This document shows positions 17,658 through 27,255 of a DNA stretch of 64,000 nucleotides, piece after piece. The position numbers were made by a program, and so were the translations under genes. This DNA comes from an uncultured delta proteobacterium (lineage in GTDB: Bacteria; Desulfobacterota; Binatia; DP-6). The notes beneath the pieces are model-generated. The model saw only the letters and a list, made by a program, of their open reading frames with translations, ran no database searches and was not told the DNA's origin. How positions within the stretch are numbered: position 1 is the first letter of the stretch; every line of letters starts with the position of its first letter. Where the stretch lies: positions 416,001-480,000 of the forward strand of contig CAWFFN010000009.1 in NCBI GenBank assembly GCA_963815115.1, given 5' to 3'.

Positions 17658-18540
17658 GCTGCTGCTCGTGCCGCAACGTCTGGTACAGGTCGTAGGCCTG
17701 CTCCGGCTTTGCCTTCTGGTGGACGACCGACGCGACGGCTTGGATCATCGCCACAGGTGCCTCGGACTGGAAGATGTTCCGGCCCATGTCGACCCCGGCG
17801 GCGCCCTCGGAGATGGCCCGGTACGCCATGGTGAGCGCCTCGAGCTCGGGCAGCTTCTTCCCGCCGGCCATGACGATCGGGACCGGACAGGAGGCGGTCA
17901 CCGTCTCGAACCCGTCCTCCACGTAGTACGTCTTCACGAAGTGTGCGCCGAGCTCGGCGCAGATGCGGGTTGCCAGCCGGAAGTAGCGCGCGTCGCGCGT
18001 CATCTCCTTGCCGACCGCGGTGACGCCGAGGGTCGGAATGCCGTAGCGCAGACCCAGATCGACGAGCCGGGTCATGTTGTGGATCGACTGCGTCTCGAAC
18101 TCGCCGCCGACGAAGACCTGGACCGCCATCGCCGCCACGCCCAGCCGCGCCGCATCCTCGACGTCGACGGCGAGCTGCTCGTTCGAGAGCTCCTTCAGGA
18201 TGCTCGGGCCACCGCTCGCGCGGAGCACGACGCCGCTCGCGAGCGTCGGCGGGATGGTGGTGCGGAGGATCCCGCGGGTGCACATGAGCGCATTGCCGTA
18301 GGGCAGCAGCGGCAGGATGTTCACGTCGACGCGCTCGAGACCCGCGGTCGGGCCCTGGAAATACCCGTGGTCGATCGCGAGCATGAGCGTGCGCCCGGAG
18401 GCGGGGCTGAAGATGCGAGCGAGGCGGCTCTGCATGCCCCAGTCGAGCGCGTTCGAGCCCTTCAGGAAGAAGCCCTCCTGCCTGACCGGCACGTCGAGGT
18501 GGAAGTTCTTGGTGTCCTTCACATCGTCCAGGTCGGCCAC
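17635..18540 (-). CDS. lsrF: LsrF thiolase / class I aldolase
   Basis: MADLDD...[13 protein letters not shown]...DHGYFQGP...KTYYV...[11 protein letters not shown], very like enterobacterial LsrF. Confidence 0.9.
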   Translation of the reverse strand: MADLDDVKDTKNFHLDVPVRQEGFFLKGSNALDWGMQSRLARIFSPASGRTLMLAIDHGYFQGPTAGLERVDVNILPLLPYGNALMCTRGILRTTIPPTLASGVVLRASGGPSILKELSNEQLAVDVEDAARLGVAAMAVQVFVGGEFETQSIHNMTRLVDLGLRYGIPTLGVTAVGKEMTRDARYFRLATRICAELGAHFVKTYYVEDGFETVTASCPVPIVMAGGKKLPELEALTMAYRAISEGAAGVDMGRNIFQSEAPVAMIQAVASVVHQKAKPEQAYDLYQTLRHEQQRGRRAAG

Positions 18541-18714
18541 GGTGGGTCTCTCCTCTGCTACGGCGGCCGGTCCGGCCGTCTGGGACGCGGACGATTGCAG
18601 GAAAGGTCCGCGTGCGTCAACCTTCCCCGGTCCTCACCCGGTCACCGGGTCCAGGTCCTGCAGTATCTGCCGCCTCTGGTGCGCCCGGCACACAGCGGTG
18701 ATACACGAGTTCGC

Positions 18715-19716
18715 ATGGGCGCCGTCCGCTGGGTCTGCCTCGATGCCGACGACCTGATGCACGAGAACACCGGCGAGGAGAACTACAACGAGAGCGCGTA
18801 CTACAACTTCTACGACCCAGCGCAGCGTCTGGGCGGCTTCGTGCGCATCGGCAACCGGCCCAACGAGGGCTACGCCGAGATGACGCTCTGCCTCTACCTG
18901 CCCGACGGCAGCGCCGGGTTCATGTTCGGTCGCCCCAGGATCCCGGACAACGCCCGCTTCGACGCCGGCGGCATGCGCTTCGAGGTGCGCGCGCCGATGC
19001 GCGAGCACGCGATCCGCTACGAGGGGACGGCGTGCCTGCTCGAGCGGCCGCTCGACCTCCTCGATCCCCGGGCGGCCTTCACGCAGAACCCGCACGTGCC
19101 GGCACGGGTCGCACTGGACTATCACGCGCTCTCCCCTGCCCACGGCGGCGAGCTGCGCGAGCAGCGTGACGGACGCTGGGTCAGCGTGCGAGCGGAGCGC
19201 GCCGGGCTGGAGTTCGCACGCGGCCATCTCGAGCAGCACGGGCGCGCGACCGGCAGCGTCGCGGTCGGCGAGCGGACCTGGACGATCGACGGCCTCGGGC
19301 TGCGCGACCGGTCGTGGGGGCCGCGCTACTGGCAGGCGCCGCGGTACTATCGCTGGCTCACCATGAACTTCGGCGCCGGCGCCGGCATCGCCGCGGCGCT
19401 CACCGTGCAGCGCGACGGCTCGCAGATCCAGGGCGGCTATCTCTACGCCGACGGGCAGGCGAACCGCCCCATCGGCCGGGTCGAGGTCTCCAGCGACCAC
19501 GCGGGACCGGAGCAGCTGCACTGGGGGCTGCGGGCGCGGCTGCACCCGGCCGACGGCGGAGCGCCCGAGGATGTGACCGGGCGAGTGCTGTCCATGGTCC
19601 CGCTGCGCAACCGTCGCAACGGAGTCACCACGCGAATCGCCGAGGGGCTCACCGAATGGCACTGGGCCGGCCGGGTGGGCTACGGCTGGTCGGAGTTCCT
19701 CGATCACGTCGACTGA
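18715..19716 (+). CDS. Conserved hypothetical beta-barrel protein (tocopherol cyclase/hydratase-like)
   Basis: NESAYYNFYD...HLEQHG...GLGLRDRSWGPRYW. Confidence 0.6.
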   Translation: MGAVRWVCLDADDLMHENTGEENYNESAYYNFYDPAQRLGGFVRIGNRPNEGYAEMTLCLYLPDGSAGFMFGRPRIPDNARFDAGGMRFEVRAPMREHAIRYEGTACLLERPLDLLDPRAAFTQNPHVPARVALDYHALSPAHGGELREQRDGRWVSVRAERAGLEFARGHLEQHGRATGSVAVGERTWTIDGLGLRDRSWGPRYWQAPRYYRWLTMNFGAGAGIAAALTVQRDGSQIQGGYLYADGQANRPIGRVEVSSDHAGPEQLHWGLRARLHPADGGAPEDVTGRVLSMVPLRNRRNGVTTRIAEGLTEWHWAGRVGYGWSEFLDHVD

Positions 19717-20707
19717 TCTCGCCGAGCGGCTCGCCGCGAGCGTTCGCGTCCGGCTCGGCGCCGACGTCACGGTCGAGGGTCTCAAGCGGCTCGCGGGAGG
19801 CGCCTCCCGGGAGATCTGGCTCTTCACGGCGTTGCATCCCGACGGCCGTCGCGAGCCGCTGGTCCTGCGGCGTGATCCGCCGGGACACGTGATCGAGTCC
19901 AGCCGTGCCGGGGAGTTCGCGCTTCTCGAGGTGGCGGCGGCCGCGGGCGTCCCGGTGCCGCGGGTGCGCTGGTGTGCCGAGGAGACGGAGGGCCTGGGAT
20001 CGGCGTTCGTGATGGACTTCGTCGCCGGCGAGACCATCGCCCGCAAGCTGCTGCGTGACGCCGAGTACGCGCCGGCGCGGGATGCACTCCCGGAGCAGCT
20101 GGCAGGGGCGCTGGCGTGCATCCACGCCATGGATCGCGACGCCTCCACGCTCCGCCACCTGACTCGCCCCGAGACCGGGACAGCGCCCGCGGCCGCCGAG
20201 CTGGCGCGCTTCGACGACATCCAGCGCGCCATCGCTCCCGATCCGCACCCGGCGTTCGAGCTGGCCTTGCGATGGCTCGCGGCGCGCATCCCGCCGCTCG
20301 AGCGCCTGACCGTGGTCCACGGAGACTACCGTGTGGGCAACGTCATCGTCGGGACCGAGGGGCTGCGCGCCGTGATCGACTGGGAGCTGACGCACGTGGG
20401 CGACCCGATGGAAGACGTCGGCTGGCTCTGCGTGCGCTCGTGGCGCTTCGGCGCCCCCTTGCCGGTGGGCGGACTGTGCGAGCGCGCGCGCTTCTTCGCC
20501 GCCTACGAGCGCGCCGGCGGCGCGCCGGTCGATCCCGAGGTCGTGCGCTGGTGGGAGGTGTTCGGCAACCTGCGATGGGGCATCATGACCGTCATGCAGG
20601 CGCAGACGTTCCTCGGGGGCGTGCGCAACGTCGAGCTGGCGAGCCTGGGACGGCGGACGTGCGAGATGGAGCTGGAGCTGCTCGAGCTGATGGAGGGAGG
20701 AGCCTAG
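19706..20707 (+). CDS. APH/ACAD10-like phosphotransferase; start codon atypical (ACG?)
   Basis: LAGGASREIW, VHGDYRVGN, IDWEL...GDPMED. Confidence 0.8.
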   Translation, partial: TSTDLAERLAASVRVRLGADVTVEGLKRLAGGASREIWLFTALHPDGRREPLVLRRDPPGHVIESSRAGEFALLEVAAAAGVPVPRVRWCAEETEGLGSAFVMDFVAGETIARKLLRDAEYAPARDALPEQLAGALACIHAMDRDASTLRHLTRPETGTAPAAAELARFDDIQRAIAPDPHPAFELALRWLAARIPPLERLTVVHGDYRVGNVIVGTEGLRAVIDWELTHVGDPMEDVGWLCVRSWRFGAPLPVGGLCERARFFAAYERAGGAPVDPEVVRWWEVFGNLRWGIMTVMQAQTFLGGVRNVELASLGRRTCEMELELLELMEGGA

Positions 20708-20709
20708 CG

Positions 20710-21141
20710 ATGCAGGATCGGCCTTCGGCGCTCGAGCTCCTCCGTGCGGTGCGCGAATTCCTCGAGGACGATCTCGTGCCCGCGCTGGAGGGGCGCCGCC
20801 GCTTTCATGCGCTGGTGGCGGGCAACGTGCTCGGCATCGTCGAGCGGGAGCTGCGGGGCGAGGAGGAGCAGCTCGCACGGCAGTGGGACCGGCTCGCGGA
20901 GCTCTTCGCGCTCGATCACGCAGCGCGCCCGGCGGCGGCGAGCACGCTGCGGGCCGCGGTCCGGGACCTGGAGACCCGCCTCGCCGGGCGGATTCGTGCG
21001 GGCGAGGCGGACGCCGACGACTTCGCCAGGCGCGTCCGTGCGCACGTCCGCGCCACCGTGGCGGAGAAGCTCGCGGTCGCGAATCCGAGGTATCTCGAGG
21101 CCGTCGGGCGTGAACCGGCGCGGACGACCCGCTCGAGCTGA
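20710..21141 (+). CDS. DUF6285-like small protein
   Basis: MQDRPSALELLRAVREFL...KLAVANPRY, the usual partner of this phosphotransferase. Confidence 0.7.
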   Translation: MQDRPSALELLRAVREFLEDDLVPALEGRRRFHALVAGNVLGIVERELRGEEEQLARQWDRLAELFALDHAARPAAASTLRAAVRDLETRLAGRIRAGEADADDFARRVRAHVRATVAEKLAVANPRYLEAVGREPARTTRSS

Positions 21142-21187
21142 TCTCCGGGACCACCGCCTCCAGCGGCGGGCGTCCGCGACGCTACGG

Positions 21188-21580
21188 TTACCGCTGTTCT
21201 CCCCGGCGCTGGTGGTCAGCGACGAGAAGCAACACGGCCACGGCAAGCATGACGCCGGGCAGGACGAGGTCCGCAGGGGGGTTGTCACCTGCGACCACAT
21301 GCCCGATGCGCACGAGAGCATGACCACCTTCGGCAACGACGCCCACGGGAATGATGATCGCTGCATAGCGCTGGACATCTGTGGCTGCCGCAAGGAACGC
21401 CGTCGCCATCGAGAGGTCGAAGACGCCGGCAATCTGGATCTGTCCGACGTGGAGCGGAGGCCATGGCGGAGCGGCGCTGAAGAACCAGCGCGGGAGTGCC
21501 ACTCCAGCGATACCCACGACGAGATGACCGAGCCCCAGCAGCACGAAGAAGATCCTCAAGAACGGCTCTCGTCCGAACAC
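21188..21580 (-). CDS. Small membrane protein
   Basis: About four hydrophobic segments; GTG start after AGGAG. Confidence 0.55.
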   Translation of the reverse strand: MFGREPFLRIFFVLLGLGHLVVGIAGVALPRWFFSAAPPWPPLHVGQIQIAGVFDLSMATAFLAAATDVQRYAAIIIPVGVVAEGGHALVRIGHVVAGDNPPADLVLPGVMLAVAVLLLVADHQRRGEQR

Positions 21581-21708
21581 TCCGACTCCTCTAGCGCCTG
21601 ATGAGAGGGTACGCGAGCGTCGGGGATCGGATCGAAGAGGCACCGGGCGATCGGACTCGCGGATACGCGACCCGAGATCGACGGCCCGCCGGGCGAGGAT
21701 GAGCGGCG

Positions 21709-23125
21709 CTAGTCCTCGAGGCCGCGCAGCAGGTGCGCGCGGCTGCGGTGGCGCAGCTTGCGCAGCGCCTCGCCCTCGATCTGCCGGATGCGCTCGCGGG
21801 TGATGGCGAAGTGCGCCCCGACCTCCTCGAGCGTGTGGTCCCTGCGCTCCCCGATCCCGAAGCGGAGGCGGAGCACCGTGGCCTCGCGCGGCGTGAGGGA
21901 GCCGAGCGCGCGCAGCAGGGCGCGGCGCACGCTGTCCTTCGCGGCGATCTCGGCGGGACCGTCGGAACGCTCGTCCTCGAGCGCGTCGGCGACGGTCCGC
22001 GAGTCGTCATCGCCCATGGGCTCGTCGAGCGACACCGGCTCGTGGCCGATGCCCAGCAGCCACTGTATCTCGGACGCCGGCAGCCCGGCCCGCGCGGCGA
22101 CCTCTTCGGGCGAGGGATCGCGCCCCAGCTGCTGGCCGAGGTGGCGCGCCAGCTGGGTCACGTTGCCGAGGATCTCCGTCACGTAGACGGGAACGCGGAT
22201 GGTGCGCGCCTGATCGGCCAGTGCCCGGGTGATCGCCTGGCGGACCCACCAGGTGGCGTAGGTGGAGAAGCGATGGCCGCGCCGCCAGTCGAACTTGCTG
22301 ACCGCGCGCATGAGGCCGATGTTGCCTTCCTGGACCAGGTCGAGGAGCTGGAGGCCCAGGTGGGCGTAGCGCCGGGCCACCCAGACGACGAGGCGCAGGT
22401 TGGCCTCGACGAGCTCCTGCTTGGCGGCCCGTGCCCGCCGGTCGGCATCGCGGACGTTGGACAGCAGCCTGGCGACCGCCGGCTGTGTGAGGCCGCACTG
22501 GCGCTCGAGCGTGCGCACCGCACCGGCGCCGCCGGGCAGCCCGCGCTGGCGCGCCATCGTCTCCGCGAGCCCCTCGAGCTCCGCGGCGAGCCGGTCGACG
22601 TGAGACTCCGCGATGCGGAGCGCCAGCAGCGCGTGCGCGAGCGGGTCGCGAGCGTTTGCCCGGCGACGGCGCGCGGCGCCGTGACGCACGAGGCCACGGA
22701 CGCGAGCGATGCGACGCAGGAGACGGCGGCGTACCTGCGCCGCGTCCTCCTCTTCTTCCCCTTCGGGTCCCTCCGCCAGGACGTCGAGGAGATCGAGACT
22801 GCCGTCGCGCTCGGCGGCGGGAAGGCCGAGCACCCAGCGAAGTCCGGGCGGTGAGCCGAGCACCGCCACGATGCGCTCGCAGCGAGCATCGTCGATCCGA
22901 CGCGCGATGGCGAGCTCCTCGTCGCGCTCGAGCAGTCGCGATCGAGCGGCCTGGCGCATGTAGAGCCGGACCGGGTCGAGCGCCTCCCAGTGTTCGCGAT
23001 CTCGCGCCTCGGCTGGCCGAGGCGCGGTCGGCTCGGACCCTCTCGCCGATCCTCTCGACGTCCAGCATGAGCTCGCGCTCTGCGGGAAGCTCGTGAGCGA
23101 GGGCGTTTCCGTGGTCGTCCGACAT
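21709..23125 (-). CDS. Sigma-70 family group 1/2-like sigma factor, probable frameshift near 23040
   Basis: DPVRLYMRQ (region 1.2), [42 protein letters not shown]. Region 1.2 begins upstream of the first in-frame ATG (22959). Confidence 0.8.
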
Positions 23126-23194
23126 CACGTGATTGCCAGGCACCAACTCGCACGTCGAGCAAACTCACCGCAATTGTGAACATTCCGGACGGAA

Positions 23195-23818
23195 CTACGG
23201 GTTTTCCCTGATGGCACCTGCGAGGAGCGCGATTCGGATCAGCTCCGCCAGCGAATCGACTTGCATCTTCGACATGACGTGGGCCCGGTGAACCTCGATG
23301 GTTTTCGGGCTCACCCCGAGCTCGAAGGCGATCTCCTTGTTCGCCTTGCCGGCGACCACGAGATGGAGCACCTCGCGCTCCCTGGCGGTGAGCGCCGCCA
23401 GGCGCTGGCACGCGTCCTCGCGCCGACTGCGCACCTCGCGCGCGCCGCGGTCGAGGGCGAGCGCCTGGCGCACGCGATCGAGCAGGAGCTGGTCGCTGAA
23501 GGGTTTCTCGATGAAGTCGATCGCGCCCGCCTTCACCGCGCGCACCGCCATCGGCACCTCGGCGTGCCCGGTGATGATGATGGTGGGGAGCTCGACGCCG
23601 CGACGGGTGAGCTCGGCCTGGAGATCGAGGCCGCTCATCCCCGGCATGCGAACGTCCAGGATCAGGCAGCCCGGCTGGGCCGGATCGTGATCCGCCAGGA
23701 AGTCCGCGGCCGTGGCGTAGGTGCGCACGGGGAGGCCGACCGAGTCGAGCAGCCAGCGCAGCGAATCCCGCATGGCTCGATCGTCGTCGACGACGAAAAC
23801 GACGGGCTCAGGCGGCAT
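23195..23818 (-). CDS. FixJ/LuxR-type response regulator
   Basis: VVDDD, LDVRMPGMSG, FIEKPF, LTAREREV...KTIEVHRA. Confidence 0.95.
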   Translation of the reverse strand: MPPEPVVFVVDDDRAMRDSLRWLLDSVGLPVRTYATAADFLADHDPAQPGCLILDVRMPGMSGLDLQAELTRRGVELPTIIITGHAEVPMAVRAVKAGAIDFIEKPFSDQLLLDRVRQALALDRGAREVRSRREDACQRLAALTAREREVLHLVVAGKANKEIAFELGVSPKTIEVHRAHVMSKMQVDSLAELIRIALLAGAIRENP

Positions 23819-25118
23819 CGCGCCTTCCTCGTGCTGCGGGGAGAGCGACGTGGAACGCGGCACCCAGTGGCGGGTCCTGCGAAGCCCACAGCCGTCCCCC
23901 GTGCGCCTCGACGATGGAGCGGCTGACCGGGAGTCCCAGCCCGAGCCCGTCGCGCTTGGTGGTGAAGAAGGGCTCGAACAGCCTCGCCGACACGTCGTGA
24001 GAAACGCCGACTCCCGTGTCGCGCACGACCAGCTGGACGGTTCCCTCGTCCCCCTCGCCGGTCTCGATCGAGAGCTCGCGCGGCCTGCCGTTGTTGTCCG
24101 CCATGGCCTCGAAGCCGTTGCGGACGAGATTGAGGATGACCTGCTCGAGCTGCATGCGGTCGACCTCGACCTCCAGCGGTCCGGGGGCGAGGTCGAGCCG
24201 CAGCGTGATGCCGAGCTCGTCGGCCTCGCCCTCGGCGAAGTGGAGCGCTTCGCGGACGAGGGCGTTCAGATCGGCGCGCGAAGGCGCCACGTCGCCGTGA
24301 CGGATGAACTCCCGGATGCGGCGGAGGATCTCGCCCGCCCGCAACGCCTCGTCGGCGATCAGGTCGACCGCGTCCAGGAGGGCGGCGGCGCTCATCTCCC
24401 CGGACCGGATGCCGCGCGCGCTGCCGCTGGCGTGGCTGACGATCGCCGTCAGGGGCTGGTCGATCTCGTGCGCCAGCCCCGCTGCCATGCCGCCGAGCGT
24501 GCTCAGCCGCGCCGCGTGGGCGAGACCTGCCTGGTGCTGGCGCGCACGGAGCTCGCGCTCCGCGGCCTCGACGCGCTGGCGCTGGCGCTGGTAGCGCTCC
24601 GCGGCGTGGGCCGCGTACACGGAGGCGAACGAGCCCACGAGCAGCGCCAGCGGCAGCGACGAGAGCCGCGACCCGCCTGCGATCGCATACCGGTTCCAGA
24701 TGACGCAGCTCACCACGATCGCCTGCACCGCGAGCTGCGGCAGGACCCCCCACGGGAGCAGGGTCGCGGTCCCCATGCTGAGCACCATCAGGAGCACCGG
24801 CGTGGTCGCCGGATCGTCGGTCACGACGCCGGAGGCGGCGGTCATCACCGAGAAGACGGCGACGGCGAGCAACACCGCGCTCACCACCTGGGTGCGCGTC
24901 GCGGGACGTCGCAGCACCCGGAACAGGCCGATGGTCACCGCGATCATGAACGCCTTGAAGACGTACAGCGGGCCCAGGAGATCGGCGTGGAGGAACGGGT
25001 CGACGAGCGCGAACAGCGTGATCGACGTGAGGCTGAGCCAGAGGCCGACGCGCGCGCGCTGGGCGAGAAGCGCGACCGACTCGGACGGCTGATGACCTGC
25101 GGTTTCGACCGTGGGCAT
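23808..25118 (-). CDS. Membrane-bound sensor histidine kinase
   Basis: About six TM segments; LAHEIDQPL, QVILNLVRNG, DTGVG, FEPFFTTK, GLGLGL. Confidence 0.9.
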   Translation of the reverse strand: MPTVETAGHQPSESVALLAQRARVGLWLSLTSITLFALVDPFLHADLLGPLYVFKAFMIAVTIGLFRVLRRPATRTQVVSAVLLAVAVFSVMTAASGVVTDDPATTPVLLMVLSMGTATLLPWGVLPQLAVQAIVVSCVIWNRYAIAGGSRLSSLPLALLVGSFASVYAAHAAERYQRQRQRVEAAERELRARQHQAGLAHAARLSTLGGMAAGLAHEIDQPLTAIVSHASGSARGIRSGEMSAAALLDAVDLIADEALRAGEILRRIREFIRHGDVAPSRADLNALVREALHFAEGEADELGITLRLDLAPGPLEVEVDRMQLEQVILNLVRNGFEAMADNNGRPRELSIETGEGDEGTVQLVVRDTGVGVSHDVSARLFEPFFTTKRDGLGLGLPVSRSIVEAHGGRLWASQDPPLGAAFHVALPAARGRRDAA

Positions 25119-25172
25119 GGGCGACGTCGGCAGCCGAGGACTACCGCGACGCCTCCTTTATGGCAACGCCGT

Positions 25173-25880
25173 TCAGTGGCTCTGATCGAGCAGGACGGTA
25201 CGTGCGTCGTTCAGGATGAGCGCCGGATGGAGGAAGCCAGTGCTGTAGACGTTGCGTACCCGGTGTCGTGCATCGACGAGGAACACCTTGAGCACGTGGC
25301 GGTAGAGACCGGTCCACGAGCCGTCCGCGAAGCGCAATCGTGCCACCGGCTGGCCGAAGTCCGCCAGCAGGGGCGTCAGCTCCGCCTCGTCTCGGGTGGT
25401 CGCGAAGGCCCAGTCGGTGCGCGGCTCGTGCAGGGCGCGCGCCGTCGCGAGGCGTTGCGGCGTGTCGCGCGCCGGGTCGAAGCTGACGGTGATCAGCCGG
25501 ACCCGTCGTGCGAGCGCCGCGTCGGCGGCCAGCTCGCGATCGAGCTGGTGCAGGACGCCGAGGCTGACGGGACATCCCGTCGCCTCGGCGCAGCTGGTGT
25601 AGATGAAGGCGACGACCGCGACGCGCTTCCCGGCGAGGGCGTACAGGGTGGTCCGTCGGCCGTCGCTCCGTAGCAGGGGATGGTCGGCGATGTCGTCGAT
25701 CGGCGGCAGCTGGTACGAGCCCGGCGGCGGCGGTGCGTATTCGGGCACGAAGCGACCGACGCCGTAGACGTACGCCAGATCGCTCGGAGCGACGCCGTGC
25801 TGCTGGCCCGGCGCGCCCCCGCCCGGTGACGCTCCGGCGAGCGCCAGCAGGAACGCCGCGGCCGCCGTCGCCCGCGTCAC
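25173..25880 (-). CDS. SCO1/SenC copper chaperone family
   Basis: FIYTSCAEATGCP, SFDPARDTP, conserved His in YRHVL. Confidence 0.85.
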   Translation of the reverse strand: MTRATAAAAFLLALAGASPGGGAPGQQHGVAPSDLAYVYGVGRFVPEYAPPPPGSYQLPPIDDIADHPLLRSDGRRTTLYALAGKRVAVVAFIYTSCAEATGCPVSLGVLHQLDRELAADAALARRVRLITVSFDPARDTPQRLATARALHEPRTDWAFATTRDEAELTPLLADFGQPVARLRFADGSWTGLYRHVLKVFLVDARHRVRNVYSTGFLHPALILNDARTVLLDQSH

Positions 25881-27197
25881 GGCGCCGTCGTGCCGGCGCG
25901 TGCCAGGCGAGAGCCGGCGGCCGAGTAGATCTGGTTGCGATAGAAGGCGTCCTGCCCGAAGTGCATGATGTGCGGGCGACCGAGCTTGGCCTCGAGGAAG
26001 TCGACGCTGAAGAGCGGGGCGAGACGTTTGCCGTCCCAGCGATACGCCTTCAGGTACTGCTCCCCGTCCGCTCCCTTCTTGTCCCAGTTCGCCAGCAGGG
26101 ACGAGGTGACGTACAGGCGCTCCCCGTCCCAGGTCTCGGACACCATGTTGGCCTGTTTCCCGATCTTCTCCTTCATCGCCTCCTTCGGATGCTTCGGGGT
26201 CGGAGACGTCGAAGACGTGGAGCGTGCCGTCCATGAAGGTCGTGACGAAGAGCCAGCGGTCGTCGGCCGACAGGCTGATGTCGACCGCGAGCGGCGTCTT
26301 CTTCGGGTCGCCGATGTCTCCCACCGCCGTGGCGGCGAACGTCCCGTCGGGCTGCTGGGCGATGAGCCAGATCTTCGACGTCAGCGCGGTGGCGGTGAAG
26401 GCGTAGTTGTGCCGGGGCTGGAGAGCCCAGCGGATCTCGAGCGGGGCGCCAGGAACCTGCAGGGTCTGGATCGGCTTGCGCGCGTGGAAGTCCCAGACGA
26501 CCATGGTGTTGCCGAAGTGCTTCATCGCCTCGGCGTCGCCGATCAGCTTCCCGAGGTCCGCCATGTAGTTGGTCTTGCCGGTGAAGGACGAGGTCAGCAT
26601 GCGGTTCAGCCGCGGCTGCACGCGGACGTCGTAGCCGTACTCGGCGTTCTCGGGCATCCACACGGTCTGGATGAACTTGCCGTCGTTGTTGTACTCGACG
26701 AGCGCGGTGCGGCCGCCGTCGTCCTTCGAGTTGGAGAGGGCGGCGATGAGCATCCGGCCCGGCAGGGCGAAGAAGGTGTGCGGACCGACCACGCCCCCGC
26801 TGTCGGCGACGAACGTATCGATCGTCCTGACGAGCTTCGGGCCGGCGGGATTGCTGGCGACGTCGAAGACGTAGATCACGCTGTCGTCGAGGCCGCCCAC
26901 CCAGAGATAGCGGCGGTCGTCGGTGAAGCCGGCATGGTGTGCCTCGTGGCGGCCGCCCACCGGGGTCGAGGACACCACCTTGCCGTACGTCGGCGAGCCG
27001 GGCCTGGCGCCGATCGTCACCAGCTTGTCGGCGCCGTCGCCCACGCCGTCGACGCCGAGCGTCCAGACGTAGACGTAGTCCTCCTGTCCGGTGATCTTCG
27101 GCAGATAGGGGGACATGCAGGTCTCGTCGGCCGGCGCGATGCGCGGGCCGACAACCACGGCCATCACCACGAGGAGCGCGACCCATCGTCGTGCCAT
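25877..27197 (-). CDS. mtoX: Methanethiol oxidase / selenium-binding protein 56 family, 1-nt frameshift at the G-run 26196-26199
   Basis: Signal peptide then DETCMSPY..KITGQEDYVYVWTLG, RHEAHH.GFTDDRRYLW, GPHT, WDG.RLY.TSSLLANWDK; adjacent SCO gene. Confidence 0.8.
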
Positions 27198-27255
27198 AGA
27201 CGTCACCTCCGCCGCCGACCCTACGCAGGGACCGCGGGCGAAGGCAATCCGTCGG

